Assembly (NCBI GenBank): GCA_963848825.1
Contig: CAWKFA010000015.1
Coordinates: 1,837,608-1,901,607, forward strand
DNA from: an uncultured Planctomycetota bacterium
GTDB taxonomy: Bacteria; Planctomycetota; Planctomycetia; Gemmatales; Gemmataceae
Length of the DNA: 64,000 nt
Direction of reading: 5' to 3'
Shown: piece by piece, positions 11,064-21,587 of the stretch
Layout of the letters: every line of letters begins with the position of its first letter
Numbering within the stretch: position 1 is the stretch's first letter
Program-made: the position numbers and the translations under genes
Notes under the pieces: model-generated
Seen by the model: only the letters and a program-made list of their open reading frames with translations
The model's database searches: none
What the model was told of the DNA's origin: nothing

Positions 11064-12047
11064 CTATTCGACGCCGAAGCGGCGTTTTCTATTCAAGGGC
11101 ATCACCAGGGAATGAGTGGAAGATACTCTAATAGGCGCGGGATTGAACGGCAAGTTAGCCAAAAGACCCAGCGAGATTCGCCGCTGGCTGGCAACACAAA
11201 GACAAAACCCTCGCTGGCGCGGCGGGCTATCGGGACTTGGGCTAACGGGCCTGGTGATGTATCGCCAGGCGGGCGTTTTCACGATCCGCGACATGTTGAA
11301 ATAGTGCCCGCGCCAGCTCCGGTCCGGGCGCGGTGGTGAATTGTCCGGGTGCGCGGGTGCCCACTCCAGGGCCAAAACCAACGGCACCCAGCGGATGTTT
11401 GTGGCGGGTGGGGCCACTTGATCAAAGCGTGCCAGCGCCGACATGACCCGAAACGGCAGCTTGACCATGCGGACTTCGTCATTGTCCGCCTCCGCGCACT
11501 TCTCTGGCGGCGAGGTGACGAGAAACTCGCGGCAAGACGCCGGCCGATCGGCATAGATGGAACAGGATTCGTCCTCCAGAAATGGGCAGGCGATGCCCTG
11601 AGAGAAATACTCCATTTCGATCTCTTTGTACTCGGCGGCGGTCCATTGTTCACGGTTACCCAACCTGGCGACCAGGCCGATTTCATCAAGCCGGCGCAGG
11701 GCCTCGACGAAGCGCGCGAATACCTGAGAGCGCCGCGGCTCAGGCAGCGCATCGACCAACTCGCGAAACCGGTGCGCCTCGACTTCCGAAACAGGAACCA
11801 TCGTTCGGCAGCAAGCCGCGCAACCCTTCCGGCAAGATATCTTCTCCCCCTGTTTCTCGACAGCCTGCTCTGCCATCCGTGTCATGGCGTCGGCCAGTGC
11901 GTTCGCTAACGGCAATAACTGAATCAGCCGCGTCGGCCCGGCCGGTACCCCGATGGCGGTTTTTAGCTTCCAGTCGGCAGCGATCATTTCCACGCCGAGC
12001 GTGACCGTTGCCGATTGCTGGGGATGATCGGCCATTTCTGGCTCCAT
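11064..12047 (-). CDS. YkgJ family cysteine-cluster protein (CxxCxxCC Zn/Fe-chelating domain) with extended low-complexity C-terminus
   Basis: KGCAACCR...GIACPFL...CSIY...RPASCREF cysteine pattern. Confidence 0.55.
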   Translation of the reverse strand: MEPEMADHPQQSATVTLGVEMIAADWKLKTAIGVPAGPTRLIQLLPLANALADAMTRMAEQAVEKQGEKISCRKGCAACCRTMVPVSEVEAHRFRELVDALPEPRRSQVFARFVEALRRLDEIGLVARLGNREQWTAAEYKEIEMEYFSQGIACPFLEDESCSIYADRPASCREFLVTSPPEKCAEADNDEVRMVKLPFRVMSALARFDQVAPPATNIRWVPLVLALEWAPAHPDNSPPRPDRSWRGHYFNMSRIVKTPAWRYITRPVSPSPDSPPRQRGFCLCVASQRRISLGLLANLPFNPAPIRVSSTHSLVMPLNRKRRFGVE

Positions 12048-12165
12048 GGCGGCGTGGTTGAGAAGGGCAGGGATATTCTATATGAGTGCGGCCGTTGGAA
12101 TTGGCCAAAGAGGAAGACATGAGGCGACGATATGGCATGAGCCCCGCGCACGTTTCGGATCAGCA

Positions 12166-13104
12166 TCATCTTTCGTCGGCGAAATCTTCCAGTGCCCGGG
12201 CACGTGCCGCCTGCCTGCTGTCAATGGCGAAGACCAGGGCCAGTGCCAGGCCCGCCGAAATCATGGCAGCCAGTTCGCCGATCATATCGACGGCCGTGGC
12301 CGTTTTAAGCGTCTCGGGGGAGTTCACCGCGCCATTGAGGCTCATGGTGATGTTGGCGATCACATTGGAGATGAGGTAGAACGCCCACCACAGGCCCACG
12401 AGCAGTGAATTACCGGTGGCGACCCGCGCCACGTAGTCTTCCATTACATCCTCGGGATCACTATTTCGCCAGATTTCCTGGGCGATCTGCACGGGCCGAA
12501 CCAGGTTCAAGAAAGGCACAAACCAGCCGCCTGCCGCCCAGGTGGAGGTATAGGTCAAGCCAGTCGCTCCCAGCGGTTTCAAGTTGGCGTGGGCGCGATA
12601 AAACCAAATGATGAACACGATGCCGGTGGTGATGAAGACTACCAGGTGAACGATGCCCAGCGCCAGTTGCCGCGCGTCGTTGCCGTCAATCTCCGCGGCC
12701 GCCACGGCGTCACCGGCCACGAGACGCAGCGCCAGCCGGTATTGAATAAAATCGCTTGCCAGCATCACCACGCTCAGCAAAAGATTTAATCCCAGCAACG
12801 TCTTGAGGGCGATTCCGACCGCGCCGGAGGGCCTGTATTTGCTTTTCGCCGCCAAACGACGGGGAACTTCGTCGTCGGCATAGGATGGCCGTCGGCGCCT
12901 CCTGGGTGCAGGCTCAGGGTCCTCGTCTGGTTCGGTGTCGGTAATTGGCGGAGCAGGCGCTTGAAAGGGTGCGGCCGTTACGTTGACCTGAGCCATGCCA
13001 TCAAGAATGCCCTGGCAGCCCGGACATCTTACCTTGCCGCCCTGGTACGTCGCAGGCAGTTGCAGCAGGCGCTGACAATGTGGACAATTAATCTTTTGGA
13101 CCAT
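12166..13104 (-). CDS. membrane protein with N-terminal zinc ribbon (CPHC...CPGC) and DUF4328-like polytopic domain
   Basis: MVQKINCPHCQRLL...VRCPGCQGIL, Pro/acidic linker, RRRRR, then 4-5 TM helices. Confidence 0.5.
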   Translation of the reverse strand: MVQKINCPHCQRLLQLPATYQGGKVRCPGCQGILDGMAQVNVTAAPFQAPAPPITDTEPDEDPEPAPRRRRRPSYADDEVPRRLAAKSKYRPSGAVGIALKTLLGLNLLLSVVMLASDFIQYRLALRLVAGDAVAAAEIDGNDARQLALGIVHLVVFITTGIVFIIWFYRAHANLKPLGATGLTYTSTWAAGGWFVPFLNLVRPVQIAQEIWRNSDPEDVMEDYVARVATGNSLLVGLWWAFYLISNVIANITMSLNGAVNSPETLKTATAVDMIGELAAMISAGLALALVFAIDSRQAARARALEDFADER

Positions 13105-13204
13105 AGGGCCTTCGTTGTACCATAAATGGCGGCCTGGTCAATCCTCGGGCATCCTACTATTTTCGCGATTGGTCTGCTGGCTTCGAGACGTTGGACGCTT
13201 TTGC

Positions 13205-14494
13205 TTAACGTCCCGGATTGTGCCATTTGCCGCCCCATTGCTGGTGAAGGTCCATGAGGAATCGCTCCCACTCGGGGCGGGTACGTGAGGTGGGGAAGGG
13301 TTGGGGTACGATGGGTTGCGGCGAGACATAGACCTCGATGAAACGGCCCTCCTCGTTGATGATGCCGACGCGGCTGACCTGGACCGTGTGCAGCGTCGCC
13401 GGATCGATCGTGATCCTGCCTTGCGGCGCGTCGAATTGTTGTCCTTTGAGGGCCTGGCGGACCGCACGCGTTTCTTCGGTGCCTGCCAGCTTCACGGCCT
13501 GTGCCCACAGATAGACCAGCGAATAGGCGGTCTGCATGGGGTCTGAAACAATCCTCTCGGAGTCGAAGCGCTTTTGAACCCGCCGCAGAAATTCCTCGTT
13601 GCGCGGCAGGTCGATGCTGTGAAAATAGTTGCCGGCGGCGTAGTCGCCGCGGACTTCCTCCGGCGGCAGGCTCGTCAACTCTTCTTCCGATACCGCGAAG
13701 GACATGGTGGGCACCTGGTCCGGCATGATCCCCGCTCGACGCAGGGCCCGGAAGAAGCCGACGTTGACGTCCCCCTTGATCGTGCTGATTATCAGGTCGG
13801 GCTTGGCCTGAGCGATCCGGCGTACCGTTTCGGCGACCTCGGTGTCGTCCACGAGCAGCAACTCTTCGCCCACAATTTGGCTGCCCAGTATCTTGGCCTC
13901 GTCACGAACGACGGCATGGGCCGCGCGCGAGTAGATGGTGTCAAGTCCCGCGAGAAACCAGCGCTTTTTGTTGAGAAAGCCGTAGCTCCACTTCAGGGCT
14001 GGAAGAATTTGTTGGTTGGGCACGGAACCGCCGTAAACGATATTGGGCGACAACTCCATGCCTTCGTGGGAGACAGGGTAAAAGAGCAAGTGGTCCTGTT
14101 TCTCCACGACAGCCTTGACGGCCTTCCGGCTCGCTGAGGTCCAGGTGCCGAAAAGGGCGCTGACCTTGTCCCCTTCGATCAACTTGGCGGCTTTACGAGC
14201 GAAGACGGCTTCATCCGACTGGCCATCCTCGATCATGGCTTCGAGCCTTCTCCCCAGGACGCCACCCTTGTCGTTGATTTCGCTGATGGCCATCAAGATG
14301 CCGTCAAGAACTGCCCGCTCGCTAATGGCCATCGTGCCGGTGCGCGAGTAAAGGACACCCAGACGAACCGGGGGCAGCGCGGCCGCGGCACCAAGGAGCG
14401 GAGTTGGCTCGGTTTTCGAGTTCGCGGTGGAATTCATGCACCACCAACACGCGCCAACCGTGAGAATAATGCTCGCGATGCCGGCGGCCAACAA
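13205..14494 (-). CDS. UrtA/AmiC-like periplasmic amide/urea-binding protein (type I PBP, LivK superfamily)
   Basis: VRLGVLYSRTGTMAISE...GGVLGRRLE...DKVSALFGTWTSASRKAV...LLFYPVSHEG closely matches the UrtA N-lobe; alternative ATG at 14437 overlaps the kinase stop (ATGA) but then lacks a signal peptide. Confidence 0.8.
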   Translation of the reverse strand: MLAAGIASIILTVGACWWCMNSTANSKTEPTPLLGAAAALPPVRLGVLYSRTGTMAISERAVLDGILMAISEINDKGGVLGRRLEAMIEDGQSDEAVFARKAAKLIEGDKVSALFGTWTSASRKAVKAVVEKQDHLLFYPVSHEGMELSPNIVYGGSVPNQQILPALKWSYGFLNKKRWFLAGLDTIYSRAAHAVVRDEAKILGSQIVGEELLLVDDTEVAETVRRIAQAKPDLIISTIKGDVNVGFFRALRRAGIMPDQVPTMSFAVSEEELTSLPPEEVRGDYAAGNYFHSIDLPRNEEFLRRVQKRFDSERIVSDPMQTAYSLVYLWAQAVKLAGTEETRAVRQALKGQQFDAPQGRITIDPATLHTVQVSRVGIINEEGRFIEVYVSPQPIVPQPFPTSRTRPEWERFLMDLHQQWGGKWHNPGR

Positions 14495-15423
14495 GGAGCG
14501 CCGGCGCGAGGACGCTGGCGGCGTGGCCGTGTGGCGCGGAGTATTGGCGAGCGTATGGCTAACGCGCCGGGGCCAATGGTCGGGGTCTTGGCGGCATCGC
14601 CGAGCGGGTAGGGCTGCGTCAAAGCACTCCCCCCGGCGGGGAGCTGTTCCTCGATGGCACGCAGGCGGCCAATCACCAGCGTGGCGGACTGTGGCCGACG
14701 GGCGGGGTCTTTTTCCAGTAAATGCATGACCAGGTCGGCGAGTGCCGGGGGCACATGCGGACTCAAGTCACGGATCGGCGGCGGCTGGTTCACTGCCAGG
14801 GCCGTGAGCACCGCCGTGATCGATTTTCCTTGGAAGGGCAACTGGCGCGTGCAGAGCTGATAGAGCACGATGCCCAGGCTGAAAAGGTCGCTCCGGCCAT
14901 CGACCTGCTCGCCGCGCGCCTGTTCGGGCGACATGTAATTGGGAGTACCGAGGATATCGCCGATTTCGGTGAGCCCGGAGTTGTTTTCAACGGGGCGTGC
15001 CAGGCCGAAATCCAGGATCTTGACCCGGCTATTAGGCGCTTCCAGCCACAGGTTCGCCGGTTTAATGTCGCGATGGATAAGGCCGCGCGTTTGGGCGGCG
15101 GCAAGGCCGGCGGCGATTTCTCCGCCAATGCGCAGGACATCCTTCAGCGAGGGAGATTCGCCCGTCTTGAGCCAGCTTTCCAGGGTCTGGCCCTGCAAAA
15201 ACTCCATGGCCAAATAAGGAACATCGCCCGCCTCGCTCACTTCGTAAATCGTGGCGATATGGTCATTGCGAACAGCGGCCATCGACCGCGCCTCGCGAAG
15301 AAAACGCTCGCGGCAAGAAGGCTGAGCTGTCATGGTCGGATGCATCACCTTCAAGGCGACCACCCGCTGCAACTTCGAATCCTCCGCCTGATAGACTTTT
15401 CCCATGCCTCCCTGGCCGAGCAA
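14434..15423 (-). CDS. Ser/Thr protein kinase, soluble catalytic domain only, apparent TTG start just upstream of the Gly-rich loop
   Basis: LLGQGGMGKVYQA...HRDIKPANLWL...DFGLARP...GTPNYMSPEQ (Hanks motifs I, VIb, VII, VIII); no ATG/GTG between the upstream stop and the G-loop. Confidence 0.85.
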   Translation of the reverse strand: MLGQGGMGKVYQAEDSKLQRVVALKVMHPTMTAQPSCRERFLREARSMAAVRNDHIATIYEVSEAGDVPYLAMEFLQGQTLESWLKTGESPSLKDVLRIGGEIAAGLAAAQTRGLIHRDIKPANLWLEAPNSRVKILDFGLARPVENNSGLTEIGDILGTPNYMSPEQARGEQVDGRSDLFSLGIVLYQLCTRQLPFQGKSITAVLTALAVNQPPPIRDLSPHVPPALADLVMHLLEKDPARRPQSATLVIGRLRAIEEQLPAGGSALTQPYPLGDAAKTPTIGPGALAIRSPILRATRPRRQRPRAGAPCWPPASRALFSRLARVGGA

Positions 15424-15744
15424 GCGCAGAATGCGGTAATGCGCAACGTTGTTGGTTCGCTAAGGGGCAGCGGCGCTAGTTGTGAGCTCGTCATCAGGCG
15501 AAGGCTTTTCGCGCCCCAGGAGCGGCCCTGGGTCGGGCAGGGCAGGGGGCGCAAGGGTACCCAAGTTCTCGCAGTCAGAGTGCGGCATTAGAGCAAATCC
15601 TCACGGATCCAATTACATGCGGCCGGCGCGGGGAATGGGCGCCAAATCTACCTGTGCGGGAAGCTTACGTCACGATTTGGCGAAATACCAAGCGTGGAGG
15701 AAGAAAAGATGGCTATTGGAGGTCCTTCAATCCCCCTGCAAAAC

Positions 15745-15780
15745 GTAGGGTGTGTCAAGCGTACTAGTGCTGACGCACCA
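15745..15780. repeat. degenerate solo copy (about 80%) of the MITE terminal inverted repeat, immediately followed by a 14-bp perfect hairpin (15785-15817)
   Basis: gtagggtgtgtcaagcgtactagtgctgacgcacca vs TIR gtagggtggcgtcgagcgtactcgcgctgacccaccg; hairpin tagcccccgcgatt-atcta-aatcgcgggggcta. Confidence 0.45.
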
Positions 15781-15981
15781 TCCATAGCCCCCGCGATTAT
15801 CTAAATCGCGGGGGCTACTATCGGTCGTCCCTAACTGGACTGAAAGACAAAAATCCGACCGGTTGGGTCTCGCCGCCTGCTGGTTTTATCCACCGGCCAA
15901 AATGGTTGTCGATTCTTTCCTAGGGCGTAAGACACTATCTGGGGACGTGTTGCTTTCGACCTGGGGTAGAAGGAACTTGTC

Positions 15982-17625
15982 ATGCCGATTCATCCTTTGG
16001 CCGGAAAGCCGGCCCCGAAGGACATGTTGATCGATGTGGCCAGGCTGGAGCGGGCTTACGACGAACGCAAGCCCGACATGGGGGATGCCAATCAGCGGGT
16101 GCAATTTGGCACCAGCGGGCACCGGGGGACTTCGCTTCAGGGTACGTTCACCGAGGCGCACATACTGGCCATTACCCAGGCCATTTGCGAGTATCGCCGC
16201 GGGCAGGGCATCGATGGCCCCCTTTATATGGGTAAGGATTCCCACGCCCTGTCCGGGCCGGCGCAGCGGACCGCTCTGGAAGTGCTGGCCGGCAATGGCA
16301 TTGAGACGATTATCGAGCAAAACGACGGCTTGACGCCGACGCCGGTGATTTCGCGTGCCATCCTGGTTTACAATCGTGGGCGTGCCGAGCACCGGGCGGA
16401 TGGCATCGTCATTACCCCCTCGCATAATCCACCCGAGGATGGCGGCTTCAAGTACAATCCGCCCAACGGCGGTCCGGCCGATAGCGATGTGACGGGCTGG
16501 ATTCAGGATAGGGCCAATGCGCTGTTGCGCGACGACAATCGCGACGTCAAACGGCTGCCCTTCGCCACAGCCCTCAAGGCGAGCACCACGCATCACCAGG
16601 ATTTGATGACGCCTTATGTCGATGACCTGGAAAATGTCATCGATATGGAGGCGATTCGCGCTGCCGGCCTGAAGCTGGGCGTTGACCCCCTCGGCGGAGC
16701 ATCGTTGCCCTACTGGGAACCGATCAAGTCCCGCTACGGTCTCGACCTCACGGTGGTAAACGCGAAGTTGGATCCCACATTTAGCTTCATGACGCTCGAC
16801 CACGACGGCAAGATTCGCATGGATTGCTCGAGCCCGTATGCGATGGCCGGCCTTATCAAGCTCAAGGACAAGTACCAGGTAGCTTTTGCCAACGATCCGG
16901 ACGCCGACCGGCACGGTATCGTGACGCCGTCTTCGGGCCTCATGAATCCGAACCACTACCTGGCGGTGGCGATTCGTTATTTGCTGACGCATCGTCCGGC
17001 CTGGCCATCGCAGGCCGCGGTGGGCAAGACGCTGGTGAGCAGCAGCCTGATAGACCGGGCGGTCGGGCAGCTGGGCCGGCGACTTTGCGAGGTGCCGGTG
17101 GGCTTCAAATGGTTCGCGCCGGGTCTTTTCGATGGCACGATATGCTTTGGCGGGGAAGAAAGCGCGGGGGCGAGCTTTCTGCGCCGCGACGGCACCGTAT
17201 GGACGACGGACAAGGATGGCCCCATCATGGACCTGTTGGCGGCGGAGATCACGGCGCGGACCGGTAAAGATCCCGGCGAGCATTACCGCGAGCTGACGGC
17301 TCAGTTCGGCACGCCTTATTACACGCGCATCGACGCGGCGGCGAGCCCTGAACAGAAAGCACGCTTGCAAAAGCTGACTCCGGAGGCGGTGCAGGATGCC
17401 GATTTGGCGGGCGAGCCGATCGTGGCGAAGCTGACGCGGGCCCCGGGGAATAACGCCGCCATCGGCGGCTTGAAGGTCGTGACCAAGAATGGCTGGTTCG
17501 CGGCGAGGCCTTCCGGGACCGAGAATATATACAAAATATACGCCGAAAGTTTCACGAGCCAGGCCCACCTCGACGCGATCGTAACGGAGGCGCAGAAGCT
17601 GGTAACCAGGGCATTGACCCGCTAG
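15982..17625 (+). CDS. pgm: phosphoglucomutase (alpha-D-glucose-1,6-bisphosphate dependent)
   Basis: 547 aa, near-colinear with E. coli Pgm: FGTSGHRG..., [44 protein letters not shown]. Confidence 0.95.
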   Translation: MPIHPLAGKPAPKDMLIDVARLERAYDERKPDMGDANQRVQFGTSGHRGTSLQGTFTEAHILAITQAICEYRRGQGIDGPLYMGKDSHALSGPAQRTALEVLAGNGIETIIEQNDGLTPTPVISRAILVYNRGRAEHRADGIVITPSHNPPEDGGFKYNPPNGGPADSDVTGWIQDRANALLRDDNRDVKRLPFATALKASTTHHQDLMTPYVDDLENVIDMEAIRAAGLKLGVDPLGGASLPYWEPIKSRYGLDLTVVNAKLDPTFSFMTLDHDGKIRMDCSSPYAMAGLIKLKDKYQVAFANDPDADRHGIVTPSSGLMNPNHYLAVAIRYLLTHRPAWPSQAAVGKTLVSSSLIDRAVGQLGRRLCEVPVGFKWFAPGLFDGTICFGGEESAGASFLRRDGTVWTTDKDGPIMDLLAAEITARTGKDPGEHYRELTAQFGTPYYTRIDAAASPEQKARLQKLTPEAVQDADLAGEPIVAKLTRAPGNNAAIGGLKVVTKNGWFAARPSGTENIYKIYAESFTSQAHLDAIVTEAQKLVTRALTR

Positions 17626-17636
17626 TAGAGGAAATC

Positions 17637-19733
17637 ATGTCAGGCACACCGCAAACGTCAACTCCCAAGGACAAAGTCGATATCGATACTTTGGCCATCA
17701 ACACGATACGCACCCTGGCCATGGACGCCGTTCAGGCCGCCAACTCCGGTCATCCCGGCGCGCCGATGGGGCTGGCGCCTACCGGTTATGCACTCTGGCA
17801 GCACTTTCTGCGTTACGACCCGGAAGATCCGACCTGGGCCAACCGCGACCGGTTCGTGCTCAGCAATGGGCATGCGTCGATGCTGCTTTATTCCCTGCTC
17901 CATTTGACCGGGGTCAAGGCGTACGATGGCGAAGGCAAGGCGCTGGGCAGGGAATCGGTCACGCTGGATAACATCAAGCACTTTCGCCAGCTCGACAGCC
18001 CCTGCGCCGGCCATCCGGAGTCGCACCTGACCAGCGGCGTGGAAATAACGACAGGACCGCTGGGGCAGGGCGTGGCCAACAGCGTGGGCATGGCGATGGC
18101 CGAGCGCTGGCAGGCGGCCCATTTCAACAAGCCCGACTGCACGCTGTTCGATTACGACGTGTACGCGATTTGCGGCGACGGCTGCATGATGGAAGGCATT
18201 TCCGGCGAGGCAGCTTCATTGGCCGGGCACTTGAAGCTGTCAAATCTTTGCTGGCTCTATGACTGCAATCACATTTCGATCGAGGGCAGCACGAAACTGG
18301 CTTTCACCGAGGATGTCGGCAAGCGTTTCGAGGCATACGGCTGGAACGTGACCTCCGTGGAGGACGCCAACGACCTCGCCCAGATCGACCGGGCCATCAA
18401 CGTTTTCAAAAACACCAGGGATCGGCCGACTTTTATCATCGTGCACAGCCATATCGCCTGGGGTTCGCCCAACAAGCAAGATTCCGCCAGCGCCCACGGC
18501 GAACCGCTGGGCGCGGAGGAGGTCAAGCTCACCAAGCGAAATTACGGCTGGCCGGAAGATGCCCAGTTCCTGATACCGGACGGGGTTTATGACCACTTTC
18601 GCCAGGGCATGGGCAAGCGCGGCAAAGAGCTGCACCAGGCCTGGACGGCCCGCTTCACGGAATACCAGAAGAAATATCCCGGGCTGGCGAACGAATATCT
18701 GCTGATGCAAAAACGGGAACTGCCGGCAGGCTGGGACAAGGACCTGCCCACGTTCGCGCCGGACCCCAAGGGGACCGCCACGCGCGAAAGCTCGGGCGTC
18801 GTGCTCAACGCCATTGCCAAGAACGTACCCTGGATGCTGGGCGGAGCCGCGGACCTGGCGCCATCCACCAAGACCCGGCTTACCTACGAGAAGGTTCCGG
18901 ATTTTGAGGCTGAAAGCTATGGGGGACGCAACCTTCGCTTCGGCGTTCGTGAACATGCGATGGGAGCGATCCTCAATGGCCTCATCGTCTCGAAAATACG
19001 GGCCTATGCGTCCGGCTTTTTGATTTTCATCGATTATGGCAAGACGCCGATTCGGCTGGCGGCCTTGATGGAGATCCCGGCAGTCTACATTTTCACGCAC
19101 GACTCCATCAGCCTGGGCGAGGACGGGCCGACCCATCAGCCCATCGAGCAATTGCCCTCGTTGCGGGCGATTCCGCAGATGATCACGCTGCGCCCTGCCG
19201 ACGCATCCGAAGTGGTTGAAGCCTGGAAGTATATCATGGCCTTGCAACACAGGCCGGTGGCGCTCATCCTCAGTCGGCAGGCCCTGCCCAGCCTGGACCA
19301 TAAGCGCTATGCGCCTGCCGATGGGCTCCAGCGCGGGGCTTATGTCCTGGCCGATCCCCCGGACGGCAAGCCGACCGTCGTGCTTATCGCCACGGGCAGC
19401 GAAGTGTCGCTGTGCATCGAGGCTTTTGAAAAGCTCAAGGCTGACGGCATCGCCGCACGCGTGGTGAGCATGCCCTCTTGGGAAATCTTCGAGGACTATT
19501 GCAGCGCGCACCCGGGTTATCGGGAGAGCGTCCTGCCGGAAGCGGTAACCGCGCGGGTTTCCGTCGAGGAAGCGGCCACGCTGGGGTGGGAGCGTTACGT
19601 CGGTTCCAAGGGCAAGTGCCTCGGCATGCATACCTTCGGCGCATCGGCGCCGCTCAAGGACCTGCGCAAGCACTTTGGCTTCACGCCGGAAGCGGTGGTG
19701 GCGGCGGTCAAGGAATTGCTGAAGAAGACCTAG
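17637..19733 (+). CDS. tkt: transketolase
   Basis: 698 aa; SGHPGAPMG ThDP motif, CGDGCMMEGIS, GEDGPTHQPIEQL; 11 nt after the pgm stop. Confidence 0.95.
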   Translation: MSGTPQTSTPKDKVDIDTLAINTIRTLAMDAVQAANSGHPGAPMGLAPTGYALWQHFLRYDPEDPTWANRDRFVLSNGHASMLLYSLLHLTGVKAYDGEGKALGRESVTLDNIKHFRQLDSPCAGHPESHLTSGVEITTGPLGQGVANSVGMAMAERWQAAHFNKPDCTLFDYDVYAICGDGCMMEGISGEAASLAGHLKLSNLCWLYDCNHISIEGSTKLAFTEDVGKRFEAYGWNVTSVEDANDLAQIDRAINVFKNTRDRPTFIIVHSHIAWGSPNKQDSASAHGEPLGAEEVKLTKRNYGWPEDAQFLIPDGVYDHFRQGMGKRGKELHQAWTARFTEYQKKYPGLANEYLLMQKRELPAGWDKDLPTFAPDPKGTATRESSGVVLNAIAKNVPWMLGGAADLAPSTKTRLTYEKVPDFEAESYGGRNLRFGVREHAMGAILNGLIVSKIRAYASGFLIFIDYGKTPIRLAALMEIPAVYIFTHDSISLGEDGPTHQPIEQLPSLRAIPQMITLRPADASEVVEAWKYIMALQHRPVALILSRQALPSLDHKRYAPADGLQRGAYVLADPPDGKPTVVLIATGSEVSLCIEAFEKLKADGIAARVVSMPSWEIFEDYCSAHPGYRESVLPEAVTARVSVEEAATLGWERYVGSKGKCLGMHTFGASAPLKDLRKHFGFTPEAVVAAVKELLKKT

Positions 19734-19846
19734 CACGCCAGGATGACGGCGTGGCGCGGATTTTAGTCCACGCCGCCTTCGGTTGAATCAAGTGGCGATA
19801 TGGTCGGGCGGTCTCATACGTTCCTTACGCGGTAAAGGAGTTTGTC

Positions 19847-21553
19847 ATGTGGCGTCGTTTTGTGCCGGTATGTTTGTTGATCCTGGCCCCGAGCCTTGCC
19901 TGGGGCCAGAACGTTCCGGAACGTCTGTTACCCGGCGGCAGCCAGATTTACTTCCGCTGGGACGGCATGGAAAAGCACCGGGTTGCCTATGACAAAGCTG
20001 GCGCCGGCAAGATGATGAAGGAAGAGACCGGCAAGTTCTTTGCCGCGCTCTGGGACTATGGACTGCAACTGCTCGACGTGGGTTTGCGCAAGGCAGATCC
20101 CCAAGTCGCCGAGCTTATCAAGGATATCCCGCCGGTGCTCGTGGACCTTCACCAGCATGGTTTGCTGCTGGGAATCGAGGTTAGATCGTTCAATCCGCCG
20201 CAAATCGAAGCGGTTTTTATCATGCCTAAGGCTGGCGGCAGCAAAGGTTCGCTGCCAACTTTAATAAAGAAGCTCGCGAGCCTGGCCAGGGTGGAGTTCC
20301 GCGAAACCATGGTGGGGCAGCGAACCATTTATGAACTGGGCGGCGGACCAGTCCAGTTTGGCTGGTGGAGCGAGGCGAACAATGACCTGGTGCTCGTCGT
20401 TGGCACGTCGTCGCCGGCGGACCGTGCCAAGGCGCTACCCGCGGAAAGCTTCGCGAAAAGCAAGGCCTACGCCAGGCTGGCGGAATTCAAGCAGTTCGAA
20501 ACCTGGAGCCAGGCCCACATCGACCTGGCCGGCTTGCTGGGAAAGGTCGGCGAGCTGGCCCCGCAGGCGGATCAGATCATCAGCCAGCTAGGCCTCAAAG
20601 GCATCGACAACATGTCGTTTCACTCCGGCTTTGCCGGCGGCGCGGAACGCTCGGTCGTCGAAGTCAGCACTCCGGGGCCGCGCACCGGCCTGCTGGCGCA
20701 CATGAACCGCAAGACGATCACGCTTGCCGATCTGCCGCCCATGCCGTCGGATGCCACGAGTTTCTCGGCCAGTAATTTCAACATGCGCAATCTTTACGAC
20801 AGCGGCATCACCATCGCCGAAGCGGCCGTGAATGTTTTCGCCCCTGGCGCCGCCGACCCCAAGGAGAGCATTCGCCAGATCGAGGGCCTGCTCGGCATCA
20901 AATTTGGTGAGGACCTGTTCGGCTCCTTCGGTGACATGTCCGTGAGCTATAGCTCGCCGTCCGAAGGGCCCGGGATTTTCAGCGGTGCTTACCTGTTCAA
21001 AGTGAAGGACGAAAAGAAGCTGGCCGACTCGCTTGATGGCATCTTCAAGGCCATTCCCCCGTTCCCATTCATCGAAGTCATTTATCAGAAGCGCGCCTAT
21101 CGAGGCGGCGAAATCATGGAGCTCAAGATCAAAACGCCGCAAGGAGAGTTCCCCGTGGGTAACATGGCCATTCACAAGGGCTGGTTCATGTTTGCCAGTT
21201 ACCCGCAATCGATCTACGGCTTCATTTTACGAAGCAATGGGGAATTGCCGGTCTGGAAAGCAAGCCCTGAGCTCACCAAGGCACTCGCCGACTTCCCCAA
21301 GGAGTTTACGGCCATCGCCGTATCGGACCCCAGGCCGACAGTAGAGGGGTTTCTGTCATTCGCGCCGACCGTGATGACCCTGGCGAACAGCATTCTGCCC
21401 AATGTCCTGCCCGGGGCCCCGGTGTTCGACATCAGCGTCATTCCGCACGCTCAGTTTGCGGTACGTAACTTGTCCCCCACTATCTCGGTAAGCACGGACG
21501 ACGGCAAAAAAGTTCGCGTGCAGTCGCGGGCGGCGCTGTCGATGCCGTTCTAA
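19847..21553 (+). CDS. hypothetical secreted protein (568 aa)
   Basis: Signal peptide MWRRFVPVCLLILAPSLAWG; no recognisable domain. Confidence 0.5.
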   Translation: MWRRFVPVCLLILAPSLAWGQNVPERLLPGGSQIYFRWDGMEKHRVAYDKAGAGKMMKEETGKFFAALWDYGLQLLDVGLRKADPQVAELIKDIPPVLVDLHQHGLLLGIEVRSFNPPQIEAVFIMPKAGGSKGSLPTLIKKLASLARVEFRETMVGQRTIYELGGGPVQFGWWSEANNDLVLVVGTSSPADRAKALPAESFAKSKAYARLAEFKQFETWSQAHIDLAGLLGKVGELAPQADQIISQLGLKGIDNMSFHSGFAGGAERSVVEVSTPGPRTGLLAHMNRKTITLADLPPMPSDATSFSASNFNMRNLYDSGITIAEAAVNVFAPGAADPKESIRQIEGLLGIKFGEDLFGSFGDMSVSYSSPSEGPGIFSGAYLFKVKDEKKLADSLDGIFKAIPPFPFIEVIYQKRAYRGGEIMELKIKTPQGEFPVGNMAIHKGWFMFASYPQSIYGFILRSNGELPVWKASPELTKALADFPKEFTAIAVSDPRPTVEGFLSFAPTVMTLANSILPNVLPGAPVFDISVIPHAQFAVRNLSPTISVSTDDGKKVRVQSRAALSMPF

Positions 21554-21587
21554 GGCCGCGAGATGGGTTTGGCGGGCGGGAAGCCGG

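Noticed and set aside
15886-19736. Large minus-strand ORFs (560 aa, 498 aa)
   Set aside because: Antisense shadows of pgm and tkt, which are unambiguous; Arg/Gly-rich junk translation.
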